The notes below the pieces were generated by a model. That model was not told the DNA's origin. It saw only the letters and a list, made by a program, of their open reading frames with translations, and did no database searches. The position numbers and the translations under genes are program-made. 64,000 bases of DNA from Callorhinchus milii (Eukaryota). Of the stretch, positions 52,430-64,000 are shown piece by piece (within the stretch, counting starts at the first letter, position 1; each line of letters starts with the position of its first letter). The stretch is taken from NCBI RefSeq assembly GCF_018977255.1, contig NW_024704743.1, positions 36,086,001 through 36,150,000 of the forward strand. The letters run 5' to 3'.

Positions 52430-52580
52430 GTCAGCCTGGCTTGGATGATGGCACTCTCGGGTCTGGGTCAAGAAGGTTGTGGGTTTAAGCCTCGCATCAG
52501 GAACTTGAACTCACAGTCAAGGCTGACAATGTAATGCTGCATTATTGGAGGTGCTGTCTTTTGAATGAGATATTAAACTT
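52430..52580 (+). mobile_element. SacSINE1-like 5' fragment
   Basis: gtcagcctggct...gaaggttgtgggtttaagcc...aggctgaca...ggaggtgctgtcttttgaatgag. Confidence 0.65.
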
Positions 52581-53074
52581 GCTATTACAAAGCAGAAGCT
52601 GAAATTACGCCCCAGTTAAAAATCCCGTAGCGGTATTTGAAAACAGAGGGAGAAGGGAGTTCAGTCATCCTTTCCCTCCACACACACTCGGCTCGCACTC
52701 CAGCTCCCATACAGCACATCCATTTAGACGTTTCTAGAATCACTGACAAACAATTTGCCCATTGGCCATTTCCAGTGTTTTCACTTATCAATATCTCTAT
52801 AAATCTTGTTAATTTTTCAACAAGCCTGTAGCTGTACTTGAAAATTTAATGCTCAAAGGAGCTGGAATCTGAATCACTCAGACAAACTCATCAATAGTAA
52901 AAGAAAATACCCTATGGAACCGCAATCAATATGAACTGTGTTGGAACTCACATGCGTCTAACTCTACTGCTGATGTGCAATCGTAAACCTCAGTACACAA
53001 CGAACCGTACTTCCATTGAAGCTAACTACTGATAATTCTTTCCCCAAACCTATTTGGATTCTGTTTCAAAACAT

Positions 53075-53378
53075 ACTGGGCAAAACGTTAGGCGCGTTTC
53101 CTTACTCCACATGACTGTTTACCTAGCAGCAAGTAGTAACCCGGTTGTTAGTTAATTGGCGGATCGCTTTTCAAATGGTAATAAGCCCTTTTACATTTTT
53201 TTAAAAAAATATGGTCACTCAACCAACAACTGTTTGTGTGGGACACTGAATAATTGGCTGCCATGTTTCGCTCTCAAAATATGGTAAATTCACTTTACAA
53301 TATATTCTAGCGTTTTGAGATGTCTTGAAGACGTGATAAGGCGTGATATCAAATGCAAAAATTGTGATTATTATTATA
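53075..53378 (+). mobile_element. tRNA-SINE, long form, head-truncated
   Basis: tttccttactccac...ctgtttacctagcag...tail. Confidence 0.85.
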
Positions 53379-54219
53379 CCTCTTTGACCATGCATTCAGT
53401 CGTCTTTCCCCTCCCCACCCCCCTCAGCTCCCATCCCCCAGCTCAGGTGTCCATTCACATGTCTTTCCTCCCCAACCACCACACTTCTATCATTTACTTT
53501 TATGTTTGTACTTTTATAACTTGTCTTCTCCGTAACCAATTGTTAACATCATTCTTTGGTGAAGACAATTTCAGGCTGTGTCTTGCAGCCTCTTGTACTT
53601 ATCCTATTTCTATATTTCATTGGTGCAACAATCAGAGACATGCCAAGAACCCAGTACCTGGGTTCCTCATCACCTTAAGAACATAAAAAAGGTTTGAGTG
53701 AGAAAATAGAGAATGGAGAGATACAGGAGGAGGGAGTAATCTCATGTGGAGCATAAACACTGACCTGGACTTGTTGGGCTGAACGACTTAATGTGTGCCC
53801 CTAATTCTGTGTAATTCTATGTAAAAGAATTCTTTAGCCCATCAAGCCCACTTCCATTTATAGATGCCTCAGTAATTTCTAACTGATCATGGACTTCACT
53901 CACCCACTTCATCCAAAGTATGGGATGCAGGAATACTCCCTGAACCCAAAAAGTGACCCCCAAAATACCCTGAATGCTGAGCCCATTACTCTGTATGATT
54001 TATTTTCCTTTGTAGATAACATTCTCCTGCCCTGGGCACCAGCTATATAAACTATGCCCCATGGAGTACTTGGACATCTATCCCTGTGTCATCCAACACT
54101 TTCATAATTAGATTATTTATCCAAGGAGTTAATTAGCTCCTTTTTGAAGGAGTTAATTAACACAGCATCAGTTATTTTATTGGAATCTGTTCCATGTATC
54201 CACTGCTCTGTTCTTATGC

Positions 54220-54337
54220 ACTGCTAGGTAAACAGGGCGTGTGGAGTAAGGAAACTTGCCTAAGGTTTGGCCCTGCAGGAAATTGAACCTGGGTCCTCTC
54301 GCTTGCAGTGCTCTAACCACTTAGCTACAGTACTCCA
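54220..54337 (-). mobile_element. tRNA-SINE 5' half
   Basis: Head and first part of the long-form segment on the minus strand. Confidence 0.85.
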
Positions 54338-55715
54338 AAATTGAACTCATTAAGCCCATAAACTCAAATAATGGTCCAATTTACAACCCAAGAATGGGTC
54401 ACCCATGAAATAGCAAGGTTACGGTGCATAAAATTGACTGATTAGATTGCCAGGAACTGCTGGGATCAGATCCTACTTGTTGCTGCAGTCTATTTGTTAC
54501 ACACTAAAACAACTGTATAATCTGGGAAGCACAGGAATTTTCAATCACGAGTTACCCTTGATCAAATTCAAAACTAATCATAGCTATTTTAGAACTCTGA
54601 CAAACTTATTTGAAAACTCTGGAAGGAAGGTTGCACGGGGGGTAATAATGCCCTTTCCCGTGAGCAATATGTGAACATATTGACGTCTGCTTTCACAAAC
54701 TGGCTACTTGTGAACTCTGTGGTCTGCATGTTATCTGTATGTGTTTAGTAGAGATATGAGCCCTGAGAATCCTGGAGGAGAATTTCAAGTTTGTTTGCTG
54801 CGGGCATGTCGGCAGACCGAATTAAATCAGAGCCAGTAAAATACAGAGAGATACAGTTAAAACAATTATAATCAATTGAACGATATCCCAATACAGATCA
54901 CGAGTCAGGGTAGTTTTGACATGATCTTATTTATAGTAGGACATTTGAATTATTCTCTATTAAGATACATTATTATCAGTAGAGGACAGCACAGTCATAA
55001 ACTGAGGGATTAAAAGATTTGCTAAAATCTAATAAACTGAGTGGCCTCCTCCTATTACTATTTTCCCTATGTTTCTTAAGACTTCATTCGGTGAGACTGT
55101 GTGAGAAAGAAAAAAAAAGACATGGGCAGAATAAGAAAGCTAAAGGACAGGATTTTCTGTTTGAGATTTGAAACACAGCACACAAATGTGATGGGAGGTT
55201 AAATTGAAAGATAAGAACAGACAATTACATATTCTGTGGGATAAAATGACTCAAGTGCAGCTGGGACTGTAAATGAGTCATTTGTGGAATGCTCCTGGCA
55301 AGAATTGTAACTGAGGGGTTTATCAGAAGGGATTAACGTTACCGAAGGTTGCTGCCTTACTTGGGCAGAGAGGTGGGGGAAAAACAGGTTTACAAATCAC
55401 AGATCTGTACCTTCATGGAGGCTTCACTGAGGCTGTTTGCCATCTTCAGGAGAATGGATTTGACATAAAACATCTAATTTCATGAACAAAATGCACAGTC
55501 AGTCCATTTTTACAGAATATAGTGTGAATCGCTTTAAGGCCTCTCAATGAAATGATAAGCTGCTGTATCAAATACAAGGAATATTATATTATATTTATGT
55601 AAACTAAAAAAGTTGTTTCTGTTGATCGAAAACTAGACAAAATATGACCAATTCCTTATCCTTAAGCATTCTGCGCCACTACGCTGTATGAGGGGCACTA
55701 TATAAATGCAAGTTT

Positions 55716-56030
55716 GAATCCTGTAGCTCAGTGGTTAGAGCAGTCGCCTCACAAGCGAAAGACCTGGGTTTGATTCCCGGCAGGGCGAAACCTTGGGCAG
55801 GTTTCTTTACTCCACACACCTGATAATAATCACTCAAGAAAAAAAACAATAATTATTTGGTCACTCAAGCCACGACTGTTTGTGGGACACTGCTGTGCGC
55901 AATTGGCTGCTGCATTTCGCCCACAAATATACAGTCAATTCATTTTACAGTATATTCTGTGAAGCGCTTTGAGACGTCTCGAAGACGTGAAAAGCACTAT
56001 ATCAAATACAAGGATTACTATTATTATTAT
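55716..56030 (+). mobile_element. tRNA-SINE, short form
   Basis: Head, then ccacacacct joined directly to gataataatc, core, and tail. Confidence 0.9.
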
Positions 56031-56050
56031 TCCCTTCTTGCACTTACTTA

Positions 56051-57300
56051 TGGTCCCCTTCTCTTCAATTTGTATATGCTCCCCCTTGGTGACATCATCC
56101 GTAGACATGGGGTCAACTTCCACATGTATGCGGATGACACCCAACTCCACCTCTCTGCCTCCACCTTTCTTTAACATGTGACATCCTTGACGGGTTCACA
56201 AACGGCTTCTCCTCTAGCCCCCGAACCATCTCGTGCGGCGTTCCTCAGGACTCTGTCCTTGGTACCCTCCTCTTCAATATCTATATGCTCCCTCTTGGTG
56301 ACATTATCTGCAGACATGAGGTCAACTTCCAGATGTATGCGGATGAACCCAACTCTACCTCTCTGCCTCCACCCTTGACTCCAGGGAACACTGCTGTCCT
56401 GACAGAATGTCTGTCAGACATCAAGTCCTGGATGAGAGCTAACTTTCTTCAGTTGAACGTCAACAAGTCCGAGTCTCTCCTGATTGGATCCCGTCAGCGC
56501 CTTCTCACCTCAGGCGCTGACAGCATCACCATCCATGGTTGCACACTCCACCTTACTAAGCCAGTCTGTAACCTTGGGGTCTTGTTTGACCCTCAACTAA
56601 CCTTTCTGCCCCATATCTGCGCTATGACCTGCTTTGCCTTCCCCCACCTCCGCAACATCGCCCGGCTCCGCTACTGTCTCTCACCGCAGGCCGCTGAAAC
56701 CTTCATACACGCTTTCATTACATTGAGGCTCGACTATGAAAACTCCCTGCTTATCGGCCTCCTAACTCCTCCCTCCATAGGCTGCAGATCATTCAGAACT
56801 CTGCAGCCCGTGTCCTCTCCCGCACCAGGTTCCGTGATCCTATCACCCCCATCCTCGCCCGACTCCACTGGCTTCCCATCACACAGAGGATACAGTTCAT
56901 GATCCTGGTCCTCAACTTCAAAGCCCTCCACGGTCTTGCTCCTCCCTACCTCTTCGACCTCCTAATCCCCTACCATCCTGCTCACTCCCTCATCTCAGTG
57001 GGCTCCGGCCTGCTTCACTTCCCCCACCTCGCTCACCCCACTATTGGCGGGCAGGCCTTCTGCCACTCTGCCTCCACCCTCTGGAACTCCATCCCGCAGT
57101 CCCTCTGCCTCACCCCTCCCTTGCCTCCTTCAAGGCCCCTTCTCAAGACCCTCCTCTTCAACCATGCTTTCGCTCACCCTCCTTCCCCCACTGCCCTCCA
57201 CGCTCCCCGATCCTGCTCTGATCCAAAACTCTGTCCGTCCAATTCCTTGGGATAGCCTCCCGGCGTGAAATATATACATATACAAATGTAATTTTGTTGT
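56051..57300 (+). mobile_element. L2 LINE: short RT-core piece (56051-56166) followed by a longer copy (~56200-57300)
   Basis: YADD/YADE motif occurs twice. ORFs 56285-56902 and 56899-57255 are frameshifted L2 ORF2 C-terminus. Confidence 0.95.
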
Positions 57301-58587
57301 ATATATAACAAGGAAAATGACAGATTTTAAGCTGGGAACACTAAACTAAAACTACAACTATAATTATAAGCAAATTTGCCTGACTTAAATACTGTGTTAT
57401 GATATGTTATGATATTATGATATTCTGAATGTTGAAGTAATCATTTCAATCGGCATGGTACCATATTTCACGGCTAGAGTGTACTATTGTACAGTTTATC
57501 ACTGATGTAGATTTACCCTGAAAAAGAACATCAAATTAAGTTGTAGAAACTTACGACACTTCCCAGAGCTGATCACCTTGTTGTCATCTCTCAGCAGCTA
57601 GTTCTATTTATTTCCTTCATTTTGTTTGCATATTTTCACCCATGAAAGTGAGGGATATCAATGTATGTGAAATGGATTTTTTTTTTGTCATATTGGACCC
57701 AATAGCCAAAAGCTGCCTGAATAGTTTCAGCATTAGGTAGGTACAAATTCAAGTTTGCACATTAACCCAAAGTTTGTAAAGTACATTGGCCCAAGAATGT
57801 CATTTAAATCCAACTTCACCTCCTACTTTACCTGTTTGATATATCCATTGGGAAACCCTTCTGGTCTCTCGGTGTGAATCGTGCTGGGTTTGCCTTTACA
57901 GGACTGTCCCCAAACCCCTTTAAATTTGTTTCTGTTCAGTGATTCTCTGCAGCTTGCCAGCTGTGTAATTGAGATTGATATTGCAGTGGAAGTGGGTAAA
58001 TGAACCTGTCCACACCCACTTTTCACAGCAGTGTCAGACATTGGTGCCAACGCACTGCACCGTTCGAATGCACCTTGTCAGTTCTTTTTAACAGCTGCAG
58101 AAGATCAGAATAAACATTGTTGTCAAATAATATGTTGAATCAATGGGTGACTGAACACTGACTCTCCACATTGTAGCAAAGAGACTGAACTTAATAGAGC
58201 TCAATTACTTGATGTATGGTACTGCCCTTTGGGTCGATCCATAGATGAAGCAGCCATTCATTATTTCTGAATTAGTGTATCTTTAATTGCCCTAAATATA
58301 TTATTCTGAGGCAGGAGGAGCTCTGGCCAGTTTCCATCCTGCTTCCTATAGATTTATTCTAATTGGAATTGCTAGTTGTAATTTCTAAACAAATTACTTT
58401 GTTTTTCTCTGTGTTAAGGAATTTTATGTTCCTCAGAGTAAGTGAAATGGAACTGGGTGGTGTATTGGGAAGCACTGGGAAGGGAGCAGTTTCTCACTTT
58501 GGTCACCCAGTGTCAAAGAGTTCCTAGGTTGGGTACAGTTATGGATTTTGAAAGAATACTTGTAGGTTGTACAATGCACCTCAACTA

Positions 58588-59044
58588 AACAGTCCAGCCC
58601 CTGTCGCGGTGAGAGCGCGTTCTGCACCTCCATTGAGTTGGGGGCACCGAGTATCTTGTATGGTTTGTGTTGCAATATCTTCGAGTGATTTGTTTTTGTA
58701 AACGTGTGTGTGTACGGTGCACAACGGGGTGCCATCCGCGACCTGCCAGTGCACCCGAGCAGGGCATGTGCAGTGCGTGCATGTGAATGTACTGCACAAA
58801 GGAGTGTTCCCGACTGTGCTTAAAGGAAACATTCACAAAAAATGTGTGCATATCCTGTGTGTTGTAAACCTGTCTACAGTCCCCATAAAGGGGAGTGACA
58901 GGAAGAGCGGTACAAGACCCACCTTGTAACTGCGCCCTGCAAAGGGCAGCAGAACCCCGAGGCGGGGAAGCCTTGGTTTCTCCACCAAAGTGGAGCGCAA
59001 AGAGGCAATCCCCCACCCCCACCCCACAAGGGGCTGGGTCTGTT
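58588..59044. other. CpG-rich, multi-hairpin element with complementary ends; unclassified
   Basis: ccagcccct (58594-58602) pairs with aggggctgg (59029-59037). At least 7 local hairpins and about 19 CpG in ~455 bp. Confidence 0.6.
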
Positions 59045-59287
59045 GCACCGGGATAATAATGAGTTGCTATTTTCTTTCTGCTGCCAGAATTGTTTCTATG
59101 AGATAAATGTAAATATATATTCTACATGAAGGGTTGTGTAAGGTGTTTTTTGGAGGACTGTTGGCCAGGACACCAGGAGAAATTCCCATCTCTTTTAGGA
59201 ATCTTTAACATCTACCTTGGTTTAATGTCTTCTCTGAAGGGCTCCAATCTAGTGTCGCTGATAATTCAGCAACTCTTCCAACACTGA

Positions 59288-59610
59288 AATTCCTGGCAGG
59301 GCAAAATGTTGGGCAAGTTTCCTTACTCCACACGCCTCTGTTTACCCAGCGGTAAGTAGGAACTTGTTTGTTCGTCGATTGGCTGATCGCTGATCTGGGG
59401 ATAATAATTCCTTCAAAAAGAATAAAGATAATAATAATTTGGTCACTCAATCTACAACTGTTTGTGGGACACTGCTGTGTGCAATTGGCTGCTGCGTTTT
59501 GCCCGCAAAGTATACAGTCAATTCCCTTCACAGTATATTCTGTGAAGAGCTTTGAGATGTCTCGAAGACGTAAAAAGGCACTATATCAAATGCAAGGAAT
59601 ATTTATTATA
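59288..59610 (+). mobile_element. tRNA-SINE, long form, head-truncated
   Basis: ttcctggcagggcaaaatgttgggcaagtttccttactccacacgcctctgtttacccagc...tail. Confidence 0.9.
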
Positions 59611-62600
59611 TACTCCCACTGTAGCTGGTTTGCAACAAAAAATTCTCTTTCTTGTAACTTTAGAATTCTACAGTGCCTGCTATTTTGGATGTACAGTGTC
59701 TCAGGAAAGTTAAAATTACTGTGGTGTGTGTCAGTGCGCACTTCCATAGAAAATAATGTGAAAGAGGATGTTTTCTGACTCAGGGTGCTGAGATGAACAA
59801 TTTCAGTGTTGCCAGGTCCTGTTGTGAGCTCAGGAAGTATTGAATGTTCCCAGCTTGCCCACTCTCTGATGAGCATCTGTAGAGGGAAAATATCTGCCGA
59901 ATCTGTAAAGAATGCTAAAACCACAAGGCACCTGACTTTTATTGAAACGATTCTTATTCATTGCTTGATGGAAGAGACTGTTTAAATACACTTCACTTCT
60001 CCTATTAGGAAGATTTATATTCCTACTATTAATAATAATCCTTACATTTGGTATAACACCTTTTCCATTGGGAAGACATTTCGATGTGCTTCATAGGATA
60101 TACAGTCAGTGTATTTTGTGAGAGATTTGTAAAGAATTGGACAACAAATTATAAGAACGCAGAGCATTGTTTTACAAAATGTATTCGCAGTGTTGAAAAA
60201 GGAATGCTTGCTTGAATTTTAAACTAAAATGACGAACCCTTGCTTTGCAGCCTCTTATGCAGTCCAGGTATCCATGATTTTATTACATGCACCATGACAG
60301 GAAGAGGAAATTCCATTTCCATTTTATATCTGCGAGGGAATCCAGTTAGAAAAATACAAGAGCTTAGGAATAGTTCATGATTCACTGCATTGAAACCTAG
60401 TTATCCAATTAAAAGTATTACAGAGCTGTCATCTTGCTTTCAAGAAGGATTTGAAGAGCACAAACTTAAGCTGCATTTCTTAGTGACTTACACCCACCTT
60501 CCTCTCTTCTGTGGCCAGTGTGTTCCTATGACTGAAAATAAATTTGGAATACTATTAAGCATACTTGCATTCATGTCTGATGGGGTTATATAGTATCTCT
60601 TTGTTGCCCCGAAATTCTAATTTTCACTAAGAACAAGAAACAATATTAACAAAATACTTACAAATGTGCGTGAGTGCTTCCCTGAGATTCTGAGTGTTAG
60701 CGGTTCTGTTCTTAGCGGTTATCAAAACAAAGCAATCATTGACGAAGCCACCGCCAGCAATGAATGCAATATTAATAAACCTTGTATTCGATTTAGGTCT
60801 TATCACATTGTTGAGACGTCCCAAAGCACTTCACAAGATATACTGTAAAGTGGATTGACTGCATTTTGAGGGCAAAATTATGCTATTGATGCACTTAATC
60901 AGCCCCAGACCCTTATAAAATTCAAAAAGGCTGAGAATACAACTGTGACATGTGGAATTCCTAGAGCAGAGCAGCAGCATCAAATTTAATATGTAGACAA
61001 GGACCTGAAAGTCACTATAAAAACTATAATGGAATGACCTCTGCAACTTTGTGGTGTTGGAGGACAACCTAGAAGTATCTGTATAATATTTTTCGGAAAA
61101 GGGGGGTTGTGTACCATAAGGTAGTTTTGTTGCAATTGTGTGAAGAGTGGCTTGATAAGCTGAATGGTCTTTTCATGTTCCAAACGTCCTTCTGTTCTTA
61201 CAAAGAAGGAAATTCTCCGATTATCAGTAAATGTTCCAAGCAATTGAAAATAAGATGCCTAAGTCAGTCTAATGCATTTACCAAAGTCAGTCATGTTTAA
61301 AGTGTATATATGCCAACTATTGATATGGGCATAATATTACTATAGTGATGACAAAACCCATTAAATATTTGACAAATTCAGTGTTTTTAATAATAGTTAA
61401 TACAGTGCCCTCTTTATATGTCAATAAGACTCACACTGTGTACTCTAGCATCAACCCATGGGTATCTTCAGGAGCAAAGAAATTTTGCCCTGAAATTCTT
61501 TCACATCAGGATTTCTTATTCATATTTTACTAATACTTGATGAAGGAGCTATTATCGTATAAATAATCTCCTGGAAATAGCCCGAGGAAGGTCTTTGAAA
61601 ACCTGATAAATACTGGGCATTTCTGCACTGGGCACTTATCCCCACCGAGAATTGAATTAAGACAGCCCAAAGTCAAGTCTGTTCCCTGTGAAGAATGGGC
61701 TGCTCTCAGGGAGCGGACTGGCTACAAATCAATCAACCTCACACTGTAGTCCGCCAGTGAAGAATGACTGGTTACCTAAAGAAATTGCTACGAAAGCTTC
61801 CCTCTTCTAAGTCAAAAATCCACATCAATCCTATTGTTCCTATTGAAAACAAGCTAGTGACGAGGAGCCATTAAACAGGGCACACTGCATTATAAATGGT
61901 GCTGTTCTTCATAGTGTTTTGATTATGACTTAAGTGTAATGTCCCAGCTCAGTATTGACGTAGCCCAAGACTGTGGATTTACATTGTGGGAAATCATGTC
62001 GTGATTCATATGGTTTGGATTTGGGTTTTTCAGTATAGAATAAATTCTGCATTGTTCGCTAGCTTTTGTGAACACCATATTATTACTGCTATTTAGTAAT
62101 TTGATTGACATTAAGAGGCCATTATGAACCAGATTAATCCAGGCCTGATAGCAGATGTCTACACAATGCTGCATTTTAAATTAAACCACAGATTATTATC
62201 TCCATTGAGTAGAAAATATTAGACAGTTTGGAAATAACCAGAGGCAGGGAAATGGTTCAGGTTGATCTTTGAAGACGTGGGACATAAATGCTGGTAAGGA
62301 GAGAGGAGCAGGGAAAAAACAATAAATGAATATTGGGAGCAAACAGATCAGCAGCAACCTGATGACCCAGAAATCAATCATTTTTGCACGGGAAGTGGTG
62401 TCTGACGGTGACCTAATGACTTGGAAGTTGGCGATTTTAATGTGACATGTAGGCGGCACTCAGGAAGTGAAGAGGCAGGCTGCAGGCCTGTGTAGCAAAT
62501 GGGGTCCAAACTGCAATTGTGTTGTAACCAAATCTGGGCTGTAATGCTGTGCGTTATAATGAGGCTACACTGTATTTCCCTGCATTTGCCAACCTTCTTT

Positions 62601-63334
62601 CAGACATTGAAGACTTGGGCTTCGTATTTCGCCAACCACAATTCTTGTCTAAATTTCACAACCCACAAACCAATGAATCCAGTTTGAGAACATTTCAAAT
62701 TAGATTCCAAAAATTGTTCATACACCGACCCTGGTGGGACTCCATCCACACTTCACCCGATTGGCATTATACTTCTCATAAAGTGCTCTGTTTTTGTACT
62801 AGACATCAGCAAGCTCTATCACCCTGTTTAGAAAGGTGGAAGGGTTCACCACAGTGGAGATCAGTACTGCTCTCGCCTGCTTACCGTGCACAAGCAGGAG
62901 TCACTGGATAATAACAAAGAACAGAACCTGCTTAGTTTTTTTTTAGAGCATACACACACAGTCGCTCCTTTTCACTTGTAAATCCTGTGGAGTGCTTTGG
63001 GACATCCTCCCAATGTGAAACACGCTATACCAAATGCAAGGATTATTATTATTTTATTATTATTATTTCCCTTTCCCATGCACAGGAATGCTGAGTCCCA
63101 CTAAAGGGAGATCTCTTTTGCTACTTTTATACCAGAAGAAATTAGATAATTCAGCACAGACCTATTATCAAAGCTGTGACGTTCCTGCAGGGATTAATGT
63201 TACACCATGGGCATTTAAATGGTCTTTTCCACATATTCATCACGACAGCTTTGTGTTTGATAATTAAATGTACTATTACTATAGTTGTAGTTTTAGTATT
63301 AATACGCATTCCAGCGCATACAATAAATCCACAA

Positions 63335-63590
63335 CACCTCAAACCCAACTTGTGTCTTTGTAGAGTGACATCACGGAGTGCTTTACAGAGACGGTGCTGG
63401 AAACTGAGCAGGGGGAGGTAGGAGAGTTGGGAGATGAGAGAATAGGGAGGTGATCGCAGGTATAGTCGAAGAATTGTTTTTTTTTACTTGTTTTTGTAAA
63501 CTGAGACGAGACAGAGGGGTTGATAGAGCGAGTTCCAGAGGCTGGCGATTTGGTGGCTAAAGGTTTGACCGTCAATGGTGGGGTTCAGCA
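63335..63590 (-). mobile_element. Old L2-type 3' fragment
   Basis: gagttccagag...gtggctaaagg pattern of the L2 terminus on the minus strand; highly degraded. Confidence 0.5.
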
Positions 63591-64000
63591 AGAACCAAAT
63601 TTGCCAAGTTTGGAAGGGACGAGTACTTGCAATATGTCCATGGTGTTGATTTTAGAATATCCTGCTTGCCATACCAATGAAATGTCACCATTTCGGTGCT
63701 CATCCCCAGCTTATGGGAACACAGCGAGGTATTAAAGAATCAGAGGCCGACTGTGAGGCCAGAAGTCTACTCTAATGTATTTCTTTTCTGCCTCCTTGTT
63801 TTGACACAAGCAGGGAAAGCTATCCTCCGTGAATAGTGTTGAAAGCACACTTCAATTCAAATAGCTGGAAATGCTTCCGCACTATATGGTTGATTAAACA
63901 TTTAAATTACAGGTTAATTAAGCACATCTCCAAGGGTTGCTTTATTCTAACGGGAGCTCATTTTGTTTTCGTTTCCTCTTTTTATTAATGTCTGAGCTGC

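Noticed and set aside
2316..57300. Blocks of same-strand L2 copies (minus before 24 kb, plus at 27-35 kb)
   Set aside because: Too few elements to distinguish from chance, and orientation switches several times.
57823..58050. Minus-strand exon ending at cag|gtaaag
   Set aside because: No convincing acceptor and no recognisable peptide.
58594..59037. Telomerase RNA, RNase P RNA, HDV-like/hammerhead/twister ribozyme, or HCV-like IRES as the identity of the structured element
   Set aside because: I found no CTAACCCT template, no CTGANGA/GAAA hammerhead core, no proper HDV P1.1 GG or J4/2 CNRA, and no IRES IIIe motif. The resemblances are only partial.
62549..62911. 120-aa ORF in unique sequence
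   Set aside because: Non-ATG start and no recognisable motif or splice context; plausible by chance.
1..64000. CRISPR arrays, operons or prokaryotic systems
   Set aside because: No repeat-spacer arrays or dense coding; the sequence is eukaryotic, repeat-rich DNA.

Overview
AT-rich, CpG-depleted vertebrate nuclear DNA that looks intronic or intergenic. I could not support any host protein-coding exon. The repeat content suggests a cartilaginous fish, probably a holocephalan such as Callorhinchus (inferred from repeat families only). It comprises many tRNA-Ala-headed SINEs with a Deu-like core and L2-type (ATT)n tail, older SacSINE1/DeuSINE-like copies, numerous 5'-truncated L2 LINE fragments, and CR1 fragments. 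The ORFs with recognisable protein similarity are decayed L2/CR1 reverse-transcriptase pieces. Signals the common repeats do not explain: (1) a CpG-rich ~455-bp element at 58.6-59.0 kb built of tandem hairpins closed by terminal complementarity; (2) a decayed 28S rRNA domain V fragment at 28.7-28.9 kb; (3) a perfect 30-bp inverted repeat pair around ~470 bp of unique sequence at 49.2-49.7 kb; (4) a 76-bp near-perfect palindrome at 26.1 kb; (5) an unclassified 3-copy repeat whose internal segment is flipped between copies; (6) a Pbx-Hox/Meis motif cluster in TE-free sequence. None of these demonstrates a new biological system; they are candidates. Repeat boundaries are approximate, read by eye.
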